Notes: generated by a model from the letters alone, not told the origin. A stretch of 64,000 bases of DNA from an uncultured Acidobacteriaceae bacterium (GCA_963702295.1 CAVPCE010000087.1:6619-70618), one strand, 5' to 3'; shown: positions 11,247-21,488, counted from the stretch's first letter. A program made the numbers and translations.

Positions 11247-12464
11247 TTACCCGTAGAGGCGTCGCCGGAGTTCACGCAGGCCGGACAGGCGCGGGCGTCG
11301 GTTCAGGGCTTCGATGTCGTCGATGAGTTCGGCGACGCGGGGTGATTCGGCGAGCTCTTCGGCAGCGATCTGTTCGGCTTTGACCAGGGCTCGCAGTGCG
11401 TCACGGCCGGAACGTGTCAGCAGGTGAGCGCGGGCCATGTCGACCAGGTAGCGGGCCTGGCGTTCGGGTGAGAGCTGCTCGGCGTGGCGGACATGTGCGG
11501 CGCGGTCGAGGGCTTGTTGTCCGTTGCCGAGTTCGACCGCGACACCCACGGCGTGCATAGCCACGTTGGTGGGTCCGAATTCGGTGTCGTGGTGGTTGCG
11601 GTCGTCGCCCAGCACGGCGGCGAGCCGGCGTGCCACCATCAGGCACTGCTCGGCGGAATCGGTGTTGGCGTCACGGGCGTGCAAAATCGCCAACAGCAGC
11701 GCGCTGGAGCCCACGAGTGAGATCAGGCCGTGATCGCCGCCGGCGATGATGGCTTCATGTCGTTGGGTTGCTTGGGTTAAGACGTGGCGGGCCAGTGCTT
11801 GTTCGCTGGAGTCGAGCAGGGTGCGGGCCATGCGCAGTTGACCGGCCAGGATCAAAGCGGGGTCGCGGGTTCGCTCGGCGGCGGCGATGGCGCGGTCGGC
11901 GGCGACCCATCCCGCACCACGGTCACCGACTTTGACCAGCATCGCCGCGGCGGCTTGATAGGTCTGGGCAAGCAGCGAAAGAAGTTCGGGGCGTTGGGTT
12001 TTCGCGGCGGTGCGGCTGGCGTTTTCCAGCTCGCTGATCAGGGTGGCGATTGCTGGTCCCATGTCGCGGTAGGCGCTGGCGTGGATGCGCTCCCAGACGT
12101 GCAGGGTGCGCTGTCGCAGTGATTCCAGATCGCAGGCAGGGCCATCGGCTACTGGTGTGATGATGCTGTCTGGAGCAGGGTGTCCGGCGATGGCCAGACG
12201 AAGCTGCTCCACGTAGGGCCGGTTGCGGGCGGTCTCAGCGTCGGGTCCAAGGGTAGCTTCGATGAACTCCGGGAGCGGCGCGCCGAGCACTGCGGCCAGC
12301 CGTTGTATGACGGTGAGGTCGATCAGTCGTATTTCGCCGCGTTCGATCTGGGCGACCCAACTGGCCGATCTGTGCATTTGGTCGGCCAGGCGCTTGCGCG
12401 ACCAGTTCTTTTCTTCTCGGTAGTTACGAACCAGGTCGCCGGGTGTGGGGTCAGCGCGGGGCAC
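11247..12464 (-). CDS. XRE-family HTH transcriptional regulator with long helical/TPR-like C-terminal domain
   Basis: The N-terminus reads LVRNYREEKNWSRKRLADQMHRSASWVAQIERGEIRLIDLTVIQRLAAVLG (Cro/C1-type HTH), followed by about 330 aa of Ala/Leu-rich helical repeats. Start set at GTG 12464, because the longer track ORF (to 12851) overlaps a better-supported ABM gene in another frame. Confidence 0.75.
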   Translation of the reverse strand: MPRADPTPGDLVRNYREEKNWSRKRLADQMHRSASWVAQIERGEIRLIDLTVIQRLAAVLGAPLPEFIEATLGPDAETARNRPYVEQLRLAIAGHPAPDSIITPVADGPACDLESLRQRTLHVWERIHASAYRDMGPAIATLISELENASRTAAKTQRPELLSLLAQTYQAAAAMLVKVGDRGAGWVAADRAIAAAERTRDPALILAGQLRMARTLLDSSEQALARHVLTQATQRHEAIIAGGDHGLISLVGSSALLLAILHARDANTDSAEQCLMVARRLAAVLGDDRNHHDTEFGPTNVAMHAVGVAVELGNGQQALDRAAHVRHAEQLSPERQARYLVDMARAHLLTRSGRDALRALVKAEQIAAEELAESPRVAELIDDIEALNRRPRLSGLRELRRRLYG

Positions 12465-12786
12465 CGTCGCCTCGAAGGGGCTGCCCGTTGATCGCACCGA
12501 CAGTGGGCGCAAGTGTCCACACCTCAGGTGGGTGGGCCAGGTGTTGAGTCCGTTCGGTGAGGAACCGGCAAGTGTGCGGCGCGTCTTCGTGCGCTTGGAA
12601 CGCGTCGTGGCTTCGGTAGCACTCGTAGAACACCCGCAAGCTGGGCTCCTCGGCCGCGGTGTGGCTGGCATAAACGATCGTGTCGGGTTCGTCGGTAGTG
12701 ATCGCGGCCAATGTTTGGGCGACGAGTGCGTCGAAGGCGTCCTCGTGTCCTGGGCGGACGCTGAACCTGACCAGCAGTGCGAACAT
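12451..12786 (-). CDS. antibiotic-biosynthesis-monooxygenase (ABM) domain protein
   Basis: 111 aa: MFALLVRFSVRPGHEDAFDALV...DEPDTIVYASH...LRVFYECYRSHDAFQAHEDAPH, the typical ABM/YgiN-like ferredoxin-fold pattern. Confidence 0.7.
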   Translation of the reverse strand: MFALLVRFSVRPGHEDAFDALVAQTLAAITTDEPDTIVYASHTAAEEPSLRVFYECYRSHDAFQAHEDAPHTCRFLTERTQHLAHPPEVWTLAPTVGAINGQPLRGDGAPR

Positions 12787-13038
12787 CTCACCCCCACCTG
12801 CGACACGGCCCCGGCGCGCTGTTGTCGTTCTCGTGTGCGCGGTTGCCGCACACCCTACCCGGCTGCCTCGTTGGCGGCGTTGACAAGACGCGCAGGCACT
12901 GGCGGGGTCGGCGGCAAAGCCGTGAATCCACGTCCGGCGGTGCGGAGCAGCGCACAGTTTTGCACACCCGGGCTGTGTGTTTTAGTCCGCCGTTGGTGGC
13001 CGCGGCTGGTGTCGGGCTGCACTGGGTGATGCAGGCGT

Positions 13039-13392
13039 TCAATTAACATCTGCAAAAGCTTGCCCCGCAGTTTGCAATGCATGCTGTATCAGCGCCGATA
13101 GGTGATCGCACGCGGCACTATTGGTTGCTGGATAGTCCATCTCCGTCCAGACTATCCAGCCATCCTTTCGGCAAAGGGGCGATAACGAACGTAACAGATG
13201 AGGGTAGGTTAGCGGTGTACGTTTGGCAGCAAGAAAGCGCAGGTGGATAAGATCAAACATATTTGACCTGGGCATCTTCTTCGTCAAGATGTTCCAGATT
13301 TTGCAGCACTGCAGTTGCATTGCTTCCCTCCACCAATGCCTGTGCTTGATCTATACCATATGCCTGATCATCAATGCCGATAATACCCAGGC
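13039..13392. other. low-GC (about 48%) junction patch between the two blocks
   Basis: GC counted in 60-nt lines is 45-53%, against roughly 60-70% on both flanks. The minus strand carries a truncated ORF end (...RLGIIGIDDQAYGIDQAQALVEGSNATAVLQNLEHLDEEDAQVKYV*, stop at 13253) and an overlapping 73-codon ORF (13039..13260). Neither is recognisable to me. Confidence 0.6.
13128..13159. repeat. perfect 10-bp inverted repeat CTGGATAGTC-N12-GACTATCCAG
   Basis: Read directly from the sequence: arms at 13128-13137 and 13150-13159, inside the low-GC patch. Confidence 0.9.
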
Positions 13393-13399
13393 GCGGGTG

Positions 13400-15019
13400 A
13401 CGCCACGCCATATCGCCACCGGCACCTACGTCTTCACCGGCCTCTTCACCCAGCAGCCGGGGACCAACAGCACCGGCAACTCCGGCCAGAACGGCTTCGC
13501 GCTCAGCGGCTCCTCGCTCGCCGACTTCCTCCTCGGCCTGCCCCAGGAAACCACCCTCCAGGCCGCGTATCAGGAATCGCACCTCCGCCAGAACGAAATT
13601 GACTTCTTCGGCCAGGACGACTGGCGCGCCCGCGCGAATCTGACTTTTCTTTTCGGACTTCGCTACGATTACGACTCGCCCTACTCGGAAGAGAACGATC
13701 GCCTCGCCACCCTCGATGCCGGCAACGACTTCGCCACCGTCGCCACAGTCGTCTCCAACGGCGTCGGCCCCTTTACTGGCAAGTATCCCCGCGACCTCAT
13801 CTATCCCGAGAAGAACAATTTCTCCCCGCGCGTGGGCTTCGCGTGGCACCCCCTCAAAGACACCGTCCTCCGCGGCGGCTATGGCATCAACTACACCGTC
13901 GGTCAGTACTCCAAATTCGTCCAGAACTTCGCCTTCGAGCCGCCCTTTGCCGACGTTCAGACCAACCTCTCCACCAGTGGCGCGTCCATCACGCTTGCCA
14001 ACGGCTTTCCCGCTCCGCAGACGGAAGGGAACTATTCCGTCAATAAGAACTACCGTCTCCCGTACGTGCAGGTCTGGAACCTCAACCTTCAGCGCACCAT
14101 CCCGTGGAACATCGTCTTCAACCTTGGCTACAACGGCTCCAAAGGTTCCCGCCTCGATGTCATCGATGCCCCCGGCCGCTTCGTCACAACCGTGAACGGC
14201 GTCCAGACCACCACGCTGCCCACGGCGAACAACGATCCCTCGCAAACCATCGCCTACGACTATGAGGATTCCCTCGCCTTCTCCAACTACAACGCCCTCA
14301 CCTTCAGCGCCCGCAAACGCATGAGTGGCGGCATCTCTCTCCAGGCCACTTACACGTACTCGCACTCCATCGACGACGCCAGCACTATCGGCGGCAACGG
14401 TGGAACCACCTGCGGCGGCAACTGTCTCGCCCAGAACTGGCAGAACATCCGCGCCGAGGAATCCAATTCGTCGTTCGACGTCCGCCATCTCGTGCGCGGC
14501 AGCTTTGTCTACGAACTTCCGTTCGGCCCTGACACCCACCTCCTCACCGCCGACTGGTTTGGTCACGTCCTCTCGAACATGAGCCTCTCCGGCGACTACG
14601 AATTCGCCACCGGCAACCCGCTCACCCCCCATTACGAAGCCACCGTCGAAGATGTCGCTCGCGGCACCACCGAGTCCCTCCGCCCCGACCGCGTCCCCGG
14701 TGCTTCGCTCACCGCGGGCGGCGGCAGCCTGGGCAACTGGTTCAACAAAGCCGCCTTTGCTCCACCGGCCGGCGTTTACGGATCCGCTCCACGCCTCAGC
14801 ATTCCTGGCCCCGGCACTGTCTCCTTCGATGGATCGATTTCCAAGAGCATCCGCTTCGGCGACATGAAGAACCTCGAGCTCCGCGCCACCGCCGAAAACG
14901 TTCTCAACAGCGTCCAGTACTCCGGCGTCGATACCACGCTGGGTTCCGCCACCTACGGCCAGGTCACCTCCACCTCGCCCATGCGCCAGTTCACCTTCAT
15001 GGGACGCTTCCGGTTCTAG
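13400..15019 (+). pseudogene. TonB-dependent receptor, C-terminal half only (5'-truncated at the junction)
   Basis: Homology to the two full-length paralogs in this window starts around GTYVFTGLFTQQPG...LADFLLGLPQE and runs to the C-terminal ...FTFMGRFRF*. The signal peptide, CarboxypepD_reg domain and plug are absent. The first ~60 codons of the 13223 track ORF are low-GC junk. Confidence 0.8.
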
Positions 15020-15032
15020 CCATGAAAAAAAA

Positions 15033-15170
15033 TGTCATCCTGAGCGGAGCGCCGCTACAACTCCTGCCAATGAGCGATTGCTTTCCCGGCGCGGAGTCGA
15101 ATGGACCCTCCACGCATGGCGTGGAGAATCGGTCGCGCAGCGGCCGACGGAAATCCCTCCTGTGTAGAGG
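15033..15170 (+). repeat. GTCATCCTGAGCG-family intergenic repeat, copy A
   Basis: Shares three blocks with copies B-E: head GTCATCCTGAGCGGAGCGCCGC, CCCGGCGCGGAGTCGAATGGACCC, and GGAGAATCGGTCGCGCAGCGGCCGAC. Begins 14 nt after the receptor stop codon. Confidence 0.8.
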
Positions 15171-17353
15171 ACACGCTCTTTCATTGCTGGTCCTCCTGCT
15201 CGCCGTGCCCACCTTTGCCCAGACCCAAACGCCCGTCTCCTCCCAGGACCAAACCCCGCCCGCCACCTCGCCCTTCACCCTCCGCGTCAACAGCGACCTC
15301 GTCCTCACCAACATCGTCGTCCGCGACAAAAAAACCGGCGAGATTGTGAAGGGCCTCACCGCGAAAGATTTCACTGTCACCGAGGCAGGAAAGCCGCAGC
15401 ACATCGTCAGCTTCGACTTTGAAAGCGTCGACCAGGCCGCCGCCCTCAACGAAGCTACCATCAACGCATCGGCGCCCAACGGCATCTTCGGCGCAAAGAG
15501 CGGCACCGCCACCCAGGCCGAGCTTCGCAATCACCGCCTCATTGTGATGTTCTTCGACATCACATCCATGCAGCCCGAGGACATCGAGCGCGCCCAGGAA
15601 TCCGCCCGCAACTACATCAACAAGCAGATGCACCCGGCGGATCTGGTCGCCGTCGTCTCTCTCAACGCCACGCTCTCCCTCGATCAGGACTTCACCGCCA
15701 GCAAAGATCTCCTCCTTCGCGCCGTCAACAGCTACTCCGGTACCCAGGGAGAGGGCTACGGAGAAGGCGCCACCAGCACCTCCAATCAGGTCGAAGACGC
15801 CAGCTCTTTCGCCCCTGACGAATCGGAGTACAACGACCTGAATACCGACCGCGAGCTCTATGCCATCGAGGACATCTCCCGCTCGCTCGCCTATCTCAAC
15901 GAGAAAAAATCCCTGCCTCTATTTCTCAGGAGGTATCCAGCGCGACGGCATTGAGAACCAGGCCTCGCTCCACGCCGCCATCAACGCCTCCGTCCGCGCC
16001 AACGTCTCCATCTATTCCGTCGATGCCCGCGGCCTCCAGGCCATCTCACCTCTCGGCGACGCCACCACCGGCAACCTGCGCGGCGCCAACTCTTTCAACG
16101 GCGCGGCTCTGCAGAACAACCTCGACTCCAACTTCAATACCCAGGAAGTCATGGCCAACCTCTCCTCCGACACCGGAGGCAAGGCCTTTTTCGACTCCAA
16201 CGACTTCTCGCCCGCCTTCGCCCGCATCCAGCACGACACCTCGGCTTACTACGTCCTCGGTTATCACTCCACTGACGTCCGCCGGGACGGTCGCTACCGC
16301 CGCATTTCCATCAAAGTCAATCGTTCCGACGTGAAGCTCGAATACCGCCCCGGCTACTACGCCCCCGCCGACTTCCAGCACGCCAACAAAGACGAGCGCG
16401 AGCGCCAGCTCGAAGAAGAGCTCGCCAGCGATTTGCCCGCCACCGATATCCCTGTCTTCCTCCAGGCTCTCTATTTCCGCACCGGCGACAATCGCTTCTA
16501 TGTGCCCATCTCCCTCGTCGTCCCCGGCTCGCAGATCCCCTTCGTCAAAGGTGGCGATCGCGACAAGGCCACACTCGACATCATCGGCCAGGTCCGCGAC
16601 CCTGCCGGCCATGACATCGGCGACGTTCGCGACACCGTCAAGCTCGCCGTCGATGAGTCGCAGCAGGTCCGTCAGAAAAACGTGCAGTACACCACCGGCT
16701 TCAGTCTGCCGGTCGGCAAGTACCACGTGAAATTTGTCGTCCGCGAAAACGAGACTGGCCGCGTGGGTTCCTTCGAAACCGACCTCAACGTCCCCGACCT
16801 CAAAAAGGTCCCGCTCAAAATGAGCTCGGTCCTCTTTGCCAGCCAGCGCATGCCCGCCGGCAAAAAGCAGGACAACAACCCGCTCATCCGCGACGGCCAG
16901 CAGTTTGTCCCCAATTTGCCCCACGTCTTCCGCCAGGACCAGCACCTCTACCTGCTCTACGAGGTCTACGATCCCGCAAAGGCCACGCAGGAAAAAATCG
17001 CCGACACCGGCGCTCCAAGCGCCCCCTCATCTAAGAAAGAGAAGTCCGATCCGTCCGCCGGCAAGGCCGTCCGCGTCATGACCAGCATCGAATTCCTCTC
17101 CGGCTCCGCCAAAGCCTTTGAGACGCCGCTGATCCAGGCCACACAGCTCAACGTCCCCGACCGCGATGCCGTCGCCTTCCAGTTCGATGTTCCGCTCGAC
17201 CACCTCAAGCCCGGCACCTACATCTGCCAGATCAACGTCATCGACGACGCCGGCGGCGCCTTCACCTTCCCGCGCACCGCGCTCCTCATCAAGCCCGCTC
17301 CGCAGAGCCCGCCGCCCCCGCCCGCAACCACCTCCGGGGCCGGCGGTCACTGA
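15121..17353 (+). pseudogene. VWFA-related acidobacterial-type protein (von Willebrand A domain), one frame change as assembled
   Basis: Signal-like RRKSLLCRGHALSLLVLLLAVPTFAQ, then LRVNSDLVLTNIVVRDKKTGE, RLIVMFFDITSMQ...DLVAVVSL (VWA). After a 1-nt shift near 15,916 (YLNEKKSL|LYFSGGIQ) it reads VSIYSVDARGLQA... to the end. The start is uncertain: GTG 15121 is proposed, while the track start 15022 lies inside repeat A. Confidence 0.75.
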
Positions 17354-17387
17354 TCGTCTTCGCGCAGCGGGTGTCCATCAACCCGTC

Positions 17388-17414
17388 CTCTGTGGTCTCT
17401 GTGCCCTCTGCGGT
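17388..17414 (+). repeat. 3 x 9-bp tandem repeat CTCTGTGGT/CTCTGTGCC/CTCTGCGGT
   Basis: Read directly. A 2-unit relative (CTCTCGTGC C CTCTGTGGT) occurs at 23301-23319, also intergenic. Confidence 0.8.
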
Positions 17415-17562
17415 CAATCTCTCTTTCCGTCTCAGCGCGATGAACCCCGCACAGGACGTACCTGTTTCGTACCCCCTTATCCACGTATTTTTTCCCGCGC
17501 GCCCTTGTTCCTGCTCTGCGACCCTGGGATAATCGGGGAGCAGAGGGCGGTGTATCGAACCA

Positions 17563-18462
17563 GTGAACCGCTATAGCCGACAGGATGTCCTCCGCATACT
17601 GCGCATCTCCTCCCGCCAACTCAGCGGATGGGAGCGAGCCGGACTCATTTCCTTCTCTGCTGACTACGGCTTCCAGGATCTGGTGCAGCTCCGCAAGCTC
17701 CGCGACCTGCGCGCCTCCCGCATCTCCGCCTCCAGCATCCGCAACAGCGTCTCCGCCATGAAGGCCGTCTCCGGCATGGTGAATCCGCTGCTTGAGGCCG
17801 GTGTCGCCCGCCGCGGGCCGCGTCTCGTCTTCCGTCACTCCGGCGCGACCATGGATCCGGTCGCCCGTCAGTTCGAGTTCGATTTCGATGGCGAGTCGAG
17901 CCGCCTGGCCGTGGTCGACGAGGCTACCGGTTCTGCCCTTCAGCGTCAGCCCAACGTCAGCGCTCTCTTTCTGCAGGCCGTCCGCTGTGAGGAGCAGGGC
18001 AAGATTCCCGAGGCCGTCGCCCTCTACGAGCAGACCCTCACCGTCGCCGAGCACGCCCCCGCCGCCATCAATCTCGGCACCATTCTTTACAATCAGCGTC
18101 AGTTCCAGCGTGCCGAGCAGCTTTATCGCCGCGCTACCGTCGCCAATCCTGAATACGCCCTCGCCTTCTTCGATCTCGGCAACGCCCTTGACGAGCTGCA
18201 GCGCCTTCCCGAGGCAGTCGAGAGCTACAAGTCCGCCATTCGCCTCGCGCCCACCTACGCCGACGCGCACTACAATCTGGCTCTCGCCTACGAGCGCAGC
18301 AATGAGAGACGCCGCGCTCTCCGCCACTGGCGCGCCTACGTCAAGCTAGATCCCATAGGACCATGGTCGAACCACGCCCGCCTGCAGGTCCGCAAAATCC
18401 TCGACCGCGAAGAGCTCACCATCGTGTGGCGCAAATCCAAAGCCACCCTCGTCCACTCCTAA
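17563..18462 (+). CDS. MerR-like HTH plus TPR-repeat protein
   Basis: N-terminus YSRQDVLRILRISSRQLSGWERAGLI (MerR-type HTH). The C-terminal half has TPR repeats (AINLGTILYNQRQFQRAEQLYRRA, ALAFFDLGNALDELQRLPEAVESYKSAIRLAP, ADAHYNLALAYERSN). GTG start. Confidence 0.75.
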   Translation: MNRYSRQDVLRILRISSRQLSGWERAGLISFSADYGFQDLVQLRKLRDLRASRISASSIRNSVSAMKAVSGMVNPLLEAGVARRGPRLVFRHSGATMDPVARQFEFDFDGESSRLAVVDEATGSALQRQPNVSALFLQAVRCEEQGKIPEAVALYEQTLTVAEHAPAAINLGTILYNQRQFQRAEQLYRRATVANPEYALAFFDLGNALDELQRLPEAVESYKSAIRLAPTYADAHYNLALAYERSNERRRALRHWRAYVKLDPIGPWSNHARLQVRKILDREELTIVWRKSKATLVHS

Positions 18463-18531
18463 AGACGGCCGGCCTCCCGCTGTCCGCCCTTTGAGCTGAC
18501 CGCTCGTCAGCTGCCCGCTTCTTAGTTTTTC

Positions 18532-19680
18532 TCACTTCACCGTGAAGCTCTTCACCGCAATCGCATTCGGGTCTTTCCCCGCTGACATCACCGTGAACAG
18601 CGATCCGGTCACCGGCACGCCCTTTGGCGTATAGCTCACCGTTCGCAACACTGATACGTCGCCCGCCGTTCGATCCACCGCCAACAGCAGAAATCCGTCG
18701 CTCGTCAGCGCCAGAGGTCCCGGCCCTTCGCCCACCTGCACCGTGTTGATTCGCGTCCCGTCGTCAATCGAATAAGCCCCGATCGTGCTGTCGCCAAAGT
18801 TGCTTTCCCACAGGGTCGAATTGTCTGCTGTCACCACGCCCCCCACGGGATTGGCGCCCATCACATAAGCGCCACCCACGTTGTTGGCGTTCGTCGCGAT
18901 CTCCGAGACCGTGTCGCCGCCGGAGTTCGATACGAAGATCTCGCCACCGTCCGGCTTCATTGCCAGATGCGCGGGTCCAGGCCCCACATCCATCAGGTCG
19001 ATCAGCCGGTCCGCATGCTCCTCCGACACAGCGCTCTCTGGACGCGCCAGGCCCACCGCCATTACCTGATGTCCGCCCGAGCAAGCCGCAAACGCTTTGG
19101 ACGAGTCCGGCAATATCGCCAGGTCCGAGGCCCCCGGGCATCCGCCGAAAACCGCCCGCACCTTCATATCCCGCGCATCGATCACGGTCACACTGCCCCC
19201 GCGCCGATTCGTGACCACGAGCGTTTTCCCGTCGGGCGAGATTTTTGCCTCTGCCGGCGACTCGCCTACTCCCACTGCCGCAATCTCGCGGCGCCTCTCC
19301 AGATCGATCACCGACACGTTATTCGATCCGGCATTCGCCACATAGGCGCGCTGCCCGTCCGCGTCCACATCAATCGAAACCGGCTCGCGATGTACCGCAA
19401 TGGTTGCCACCACGCGGTTCTCCGCCGCGGAGAGCACGCTCACCGTTCCGCTCCCGGCGTTCGCCACATACACTTCGTTCTTCGTGGGATTCACGGCCAC
19501 CGCTACCGGCCTGTCTCCCACCGGAATGGTCGCCGCGGTCCGCATGTTCACCAGGTCCAGCACCGTCACCGAACGGTCGCCGCCGTTCGTTACCCACGCA
19601 TACTCACGAAAATTCGCCGGATATTTGGGAAAGTGCTTCCGGCCGCACCCGCTCACCGACAACAGCATCAGCGGCACCAT
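18532..19680 (-). CDS. YVTN-family beta-propeller repeat (lipo)protein
   Basis: Repeated ~40-aa units (VYVANAGSGTVSVL, AYVANAGSNNVSVIDL, LVVTNRRGGSVTVIDA, IFVSNSGGDTVSEI) and a lipobox-like LLSVSGC. Start ATG 19680 chosen. The long N-terminal extension of the track ORF covers an intergenic repeat. The start remains uncertain. Confidence 0.75.
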   Translation of the reverse strand: MVPLMLLSVSGCGRKHFPKYPANFREYAWVTNGGDRSVTVLDLVNMRTAATIPVGDRPVAVAVNPTKNEVYVANAGSGTVSVLSAAENRVVATIAVHREPVSIDVDADGQRAYVANAGSNNVSVIDLERRREIAAVGVGESPAEAKISPDGKTLVVTNRRGGSVTVIDARDMKVRAVFGGCPGASDLAILPDSSKAFAACSGGHQVMAVGLARPESAVSEEHADRLIDLMDVGPGPAHLAMKPDGGEIFVSNSGGDTVSEIATNANNVGGAYVMGANPVGGVVTADNSTLWESNFGDSTIGAYSIDDGTRINTVQVGEGPGPLALTSDGFLLLAVDRTAGDVSVLRTVSYTPKGVPVTGSLFTVMSAGKDPNAIAVKSFTVK

Positions 19681-19999
19681 GACGAGAACGAGCACCGATC
19701 TCTGCCAGGGAAGAGCACGGGATCGAGGCTCGGCCGAAGCCTGGCAGGCACGGCGTTGATGCGCTGTAGGCGCAGAATCAAGGAAGGAAGGCGGCTGCAG
19801 CTCCGGCGGTCTGGTATAAGGCCTCAATTGCCGGGTGCTCCATCTTTGTCGCCTCGCGTCGTTCGAGCCCACAGAGTGTGAAGTCACAAACCTCAGCCAA
19901 TCGCTTTTCGAAAGACGCCTCAGCCAGTCGCCGAGCGAAGTACCCACGCTGCGAAGCCGAACGGAGCCCGCGTCCGCCACCTCAGCCGTGGATGACTGC

Positions 20000-20100
20000 A
20001 GCCCATGTGGCCTCGTATCAGGGCACGACTTCAGTCGTGCCGGAGTATTGCCAAAAAAAGAAAGGGCTTTAGCCCCTGAGGCCTTTGGCGAGCCCGAAAC
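20000..20100. repeat. REP-like intergenic element with perfect hairpin GGCACGAC-TTCA-GTCGTGCC
   Basis: Hairpin at 20022-20041, followed by AAAGGGCTTTAGCCCCTGAGGCC (a second small hairpin). Lies between the aroF stop and the YVTN gene start. Only one copy occurs in this window. Confidence 0.5.
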
Positions 20101-20203
20101 CGTCGCACACTGTCCCTTGCATTCCACAGTCCGGTTCAGCATACACGCCAGCCGCTCCGGCGATGCCTCACTGTGCGTCCGCATTCAGGAGAAGGGAATT
20201 GCC

Positions 20204-21262
20204 CTACTTCGCGACTGCGACGTCTTCCACGTGAATCCCCCGCGGAACGCTCCGATGCAGCACGGTCGCAATCTGCGAGCACTCGTCCATCAGCTGCACG
20301 AACTGCTCCGGCAGAATCGACTGCATCCCGTCCGAGAGCGCCTTGTCTGGCTGATGATGCACTTCCACGATCAGTCCGTCCGCACCGACCGCCACGGCGG
20401 CCCGCGCCAGCGGCAGCACTTTATTCCGCTTGCCCGTCCCATGGCTCGGATCCACCAGGATCGGCAGGTGGCTCTCCCTCTGCACCGCCGGCACAATGCT
20501 CAGGTCCAGGGTGTTTCGTGTGTGATCCGCAAACGTCCGTACCCCGCGCTCGCACAGGATCACCTCGTAGTTGCCCTCGCTCATGATGTACTCGGCCGCC
20601 ATCAGGAACTCGTCCAGCGTCGCCGCCAGCCCGCGCTTCAGCAGGACGGGCTTGCGCTTCCGCCCCGCCTCCTTCAGCAGCGAAAAATTCTGCATGTTTC
20701 GCGCGCCTATCTGGATCACATCGGCGTACTCGGCCACCAGCTCCAGCGCCTCGTGGTCGATCGCCTCTGTCACGATCCGCAGCCCAAAGCGCTCCCGAAC
20801 CTCGGCCATGATTTTCAGGGCTTCCTCGCCCAGCCCCTGAAACGCGTACGGCGAAGTTCGCGGCTTGTACGCGCCGCCCCGGAAAAACTGCGCTCCGGCT
20901 GCCGCCACTTGTTCGGCGATGGCAAAAGCCTGCTCCCGCGATTCAATCGAACACGGCCCCGCAATCATCGCCAGCTCCGGACCGCCGATGGTCGCGTCCG
21001 TCCCCGGGAAGCGGATTACCGTGTCCTCTTCCTTCACGTCGCGGCTGACTAATTTGTAAGGTTTCGATACCCGGATGACCTCGGCAACGCCCGGCAATTC
21101 TTCAATGTTGCCCCGATCCACCTCGCCCTGGTTGCCGGTAATGCCAATGGCCGTCCGTTGCGCTCCCGGCATCGGATGCGCTCGATAGCCCAGCCCTTCA
21201 ATGTGCTCGCAAACCGCCTGGATCTCCTCACGGGTGGCCTGCGCCTTCATCACGACGAGCAT
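20204..21262 (-). CDS. aroF: 3-deoxy-7-phosphoheptulonate (DAHP) synthase, type I-beta with N-terminal regulatory domain
   Basis: 352 aa. The N-terminal ACT/ferredoxin-like segment ([26 protein letters not shown]) is followed by [41 protein letters not shown] and [10 protein letters not shown] motifs. Confidence 0.9.
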   Translation of the reverse strand: MLVVMKAQATREEIQAVCEHIEGLGYRAHPMPGAQRTAIGITGNQGEVDRGNIEELPGVAEVIRVSKPYKLVSRDVKEEDTVIRFPGTDATIGGPELAMIAGPCSIESREQAFAIAEQVAAAGAQFFRGGAYKPRTSPYAFQGLGEEALKIMAEVRERFGLRIVTEAIDHEALELVAEYADVIQIGARNMQNFSLLKEAGRKRKPVLLKRGLAATLDEFLMAAEYIMSEGNYEVILCERGVRTFADHTRNTLDLSIVPAVQRESHLPILVDPSHGTGKRNKVLPLARAAVAVGADGLIVEVHHQPDKALSDGMQSILPEQFVQLMDECSQIATVLHRSVPRGIHVEDVAVAK

Positions 21263-21392
21263 CGTCGAACCCTCACCTTCGTCAAAAACCCAGTGTAATC
21301 CATGGTTTTCGCGAAGTCGAAGAAGATGGGAAGGATACGGTTACGAAGGGAAAAACAAAAGGAAGCCGATCTGTGTCCCTAAAGGTACGGGC

Positions 21393-21488
21393 TCACTCGC
21401 CCTTGCCGGGCTGTCCGCTCCGCATCGCCACCACCGCGGGCGTCAGCACCATCGCCACATAGATCAGGACAAAGAGAAAGTCGCGCAT
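21393..21488 (-). CDS. possible 31-aa hydrophobic peptide
   Basis: MRDFLFVLIYVAMVLTPAVVAMRSGQPGKGE, preceded by GGAGGAAA about 13 nt upstream. There is no homology argument, so this is speculative. Confidence 0.25.
   Translation of the reverse strand: MRDFLFVLIYVAMVLTPAVVAMRSGQPGKGE

Noticed and set aside
11247-12851. The full 534-aa track ORF as the XRE regulator.
   Set aside because: Its first ~130 codons overlap the ABM gene (12451..12786) in another frame and read as low-complexity Ser/Thr/Arg/Pro sequence. GTG 12464, just before the HTH, is the better start.
13056-13313. HindIII (13056), NsiI/SphI (13076-13084) and PstI (13308) sites in the low-GC patch as evidence of a cloning-vector polylinker.
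   Set aside because: The sites are dispersed over 250 bp, and the intervening sequence does not match the pUC-type polylinker order as I remember it. Vector origin remains possible, but I cannot show it from this evidence.
13253-14632. Long ORFs antisense to, or out of frame with, well-supported genes. Examples: 13253..14632(-), 16046..16945(-), 17347..18327(-), 6586..7815(+), 19835..21052(+), 22108..23079(+), 23613..24629(+), 29248..30390(+), 30302..31690(+), 35848..36972(-), 44604..45737(-), 48701..49876(-), 54077..55171(-), 57373..59346(-), 59785..60744(-), 61711..62532(-).
   Set aside because: These are typical shadow ORFs of high-GC DNA. Their translations are Arg/Gly/Ala/Pro-rich with no motifs, and each overlaps a gene with clear family signatures on the other strand or in another frame.
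15022-15120. ATG 15022 as the start of the VWFA protein, and the similar N-terminal extensions of ORFs 35950.. and 18532..20184.
   Set aside because: The extra codons are translations of intergenic repeat elements (VILSGAP..., ARLKSCPDT...), not protein sequence.
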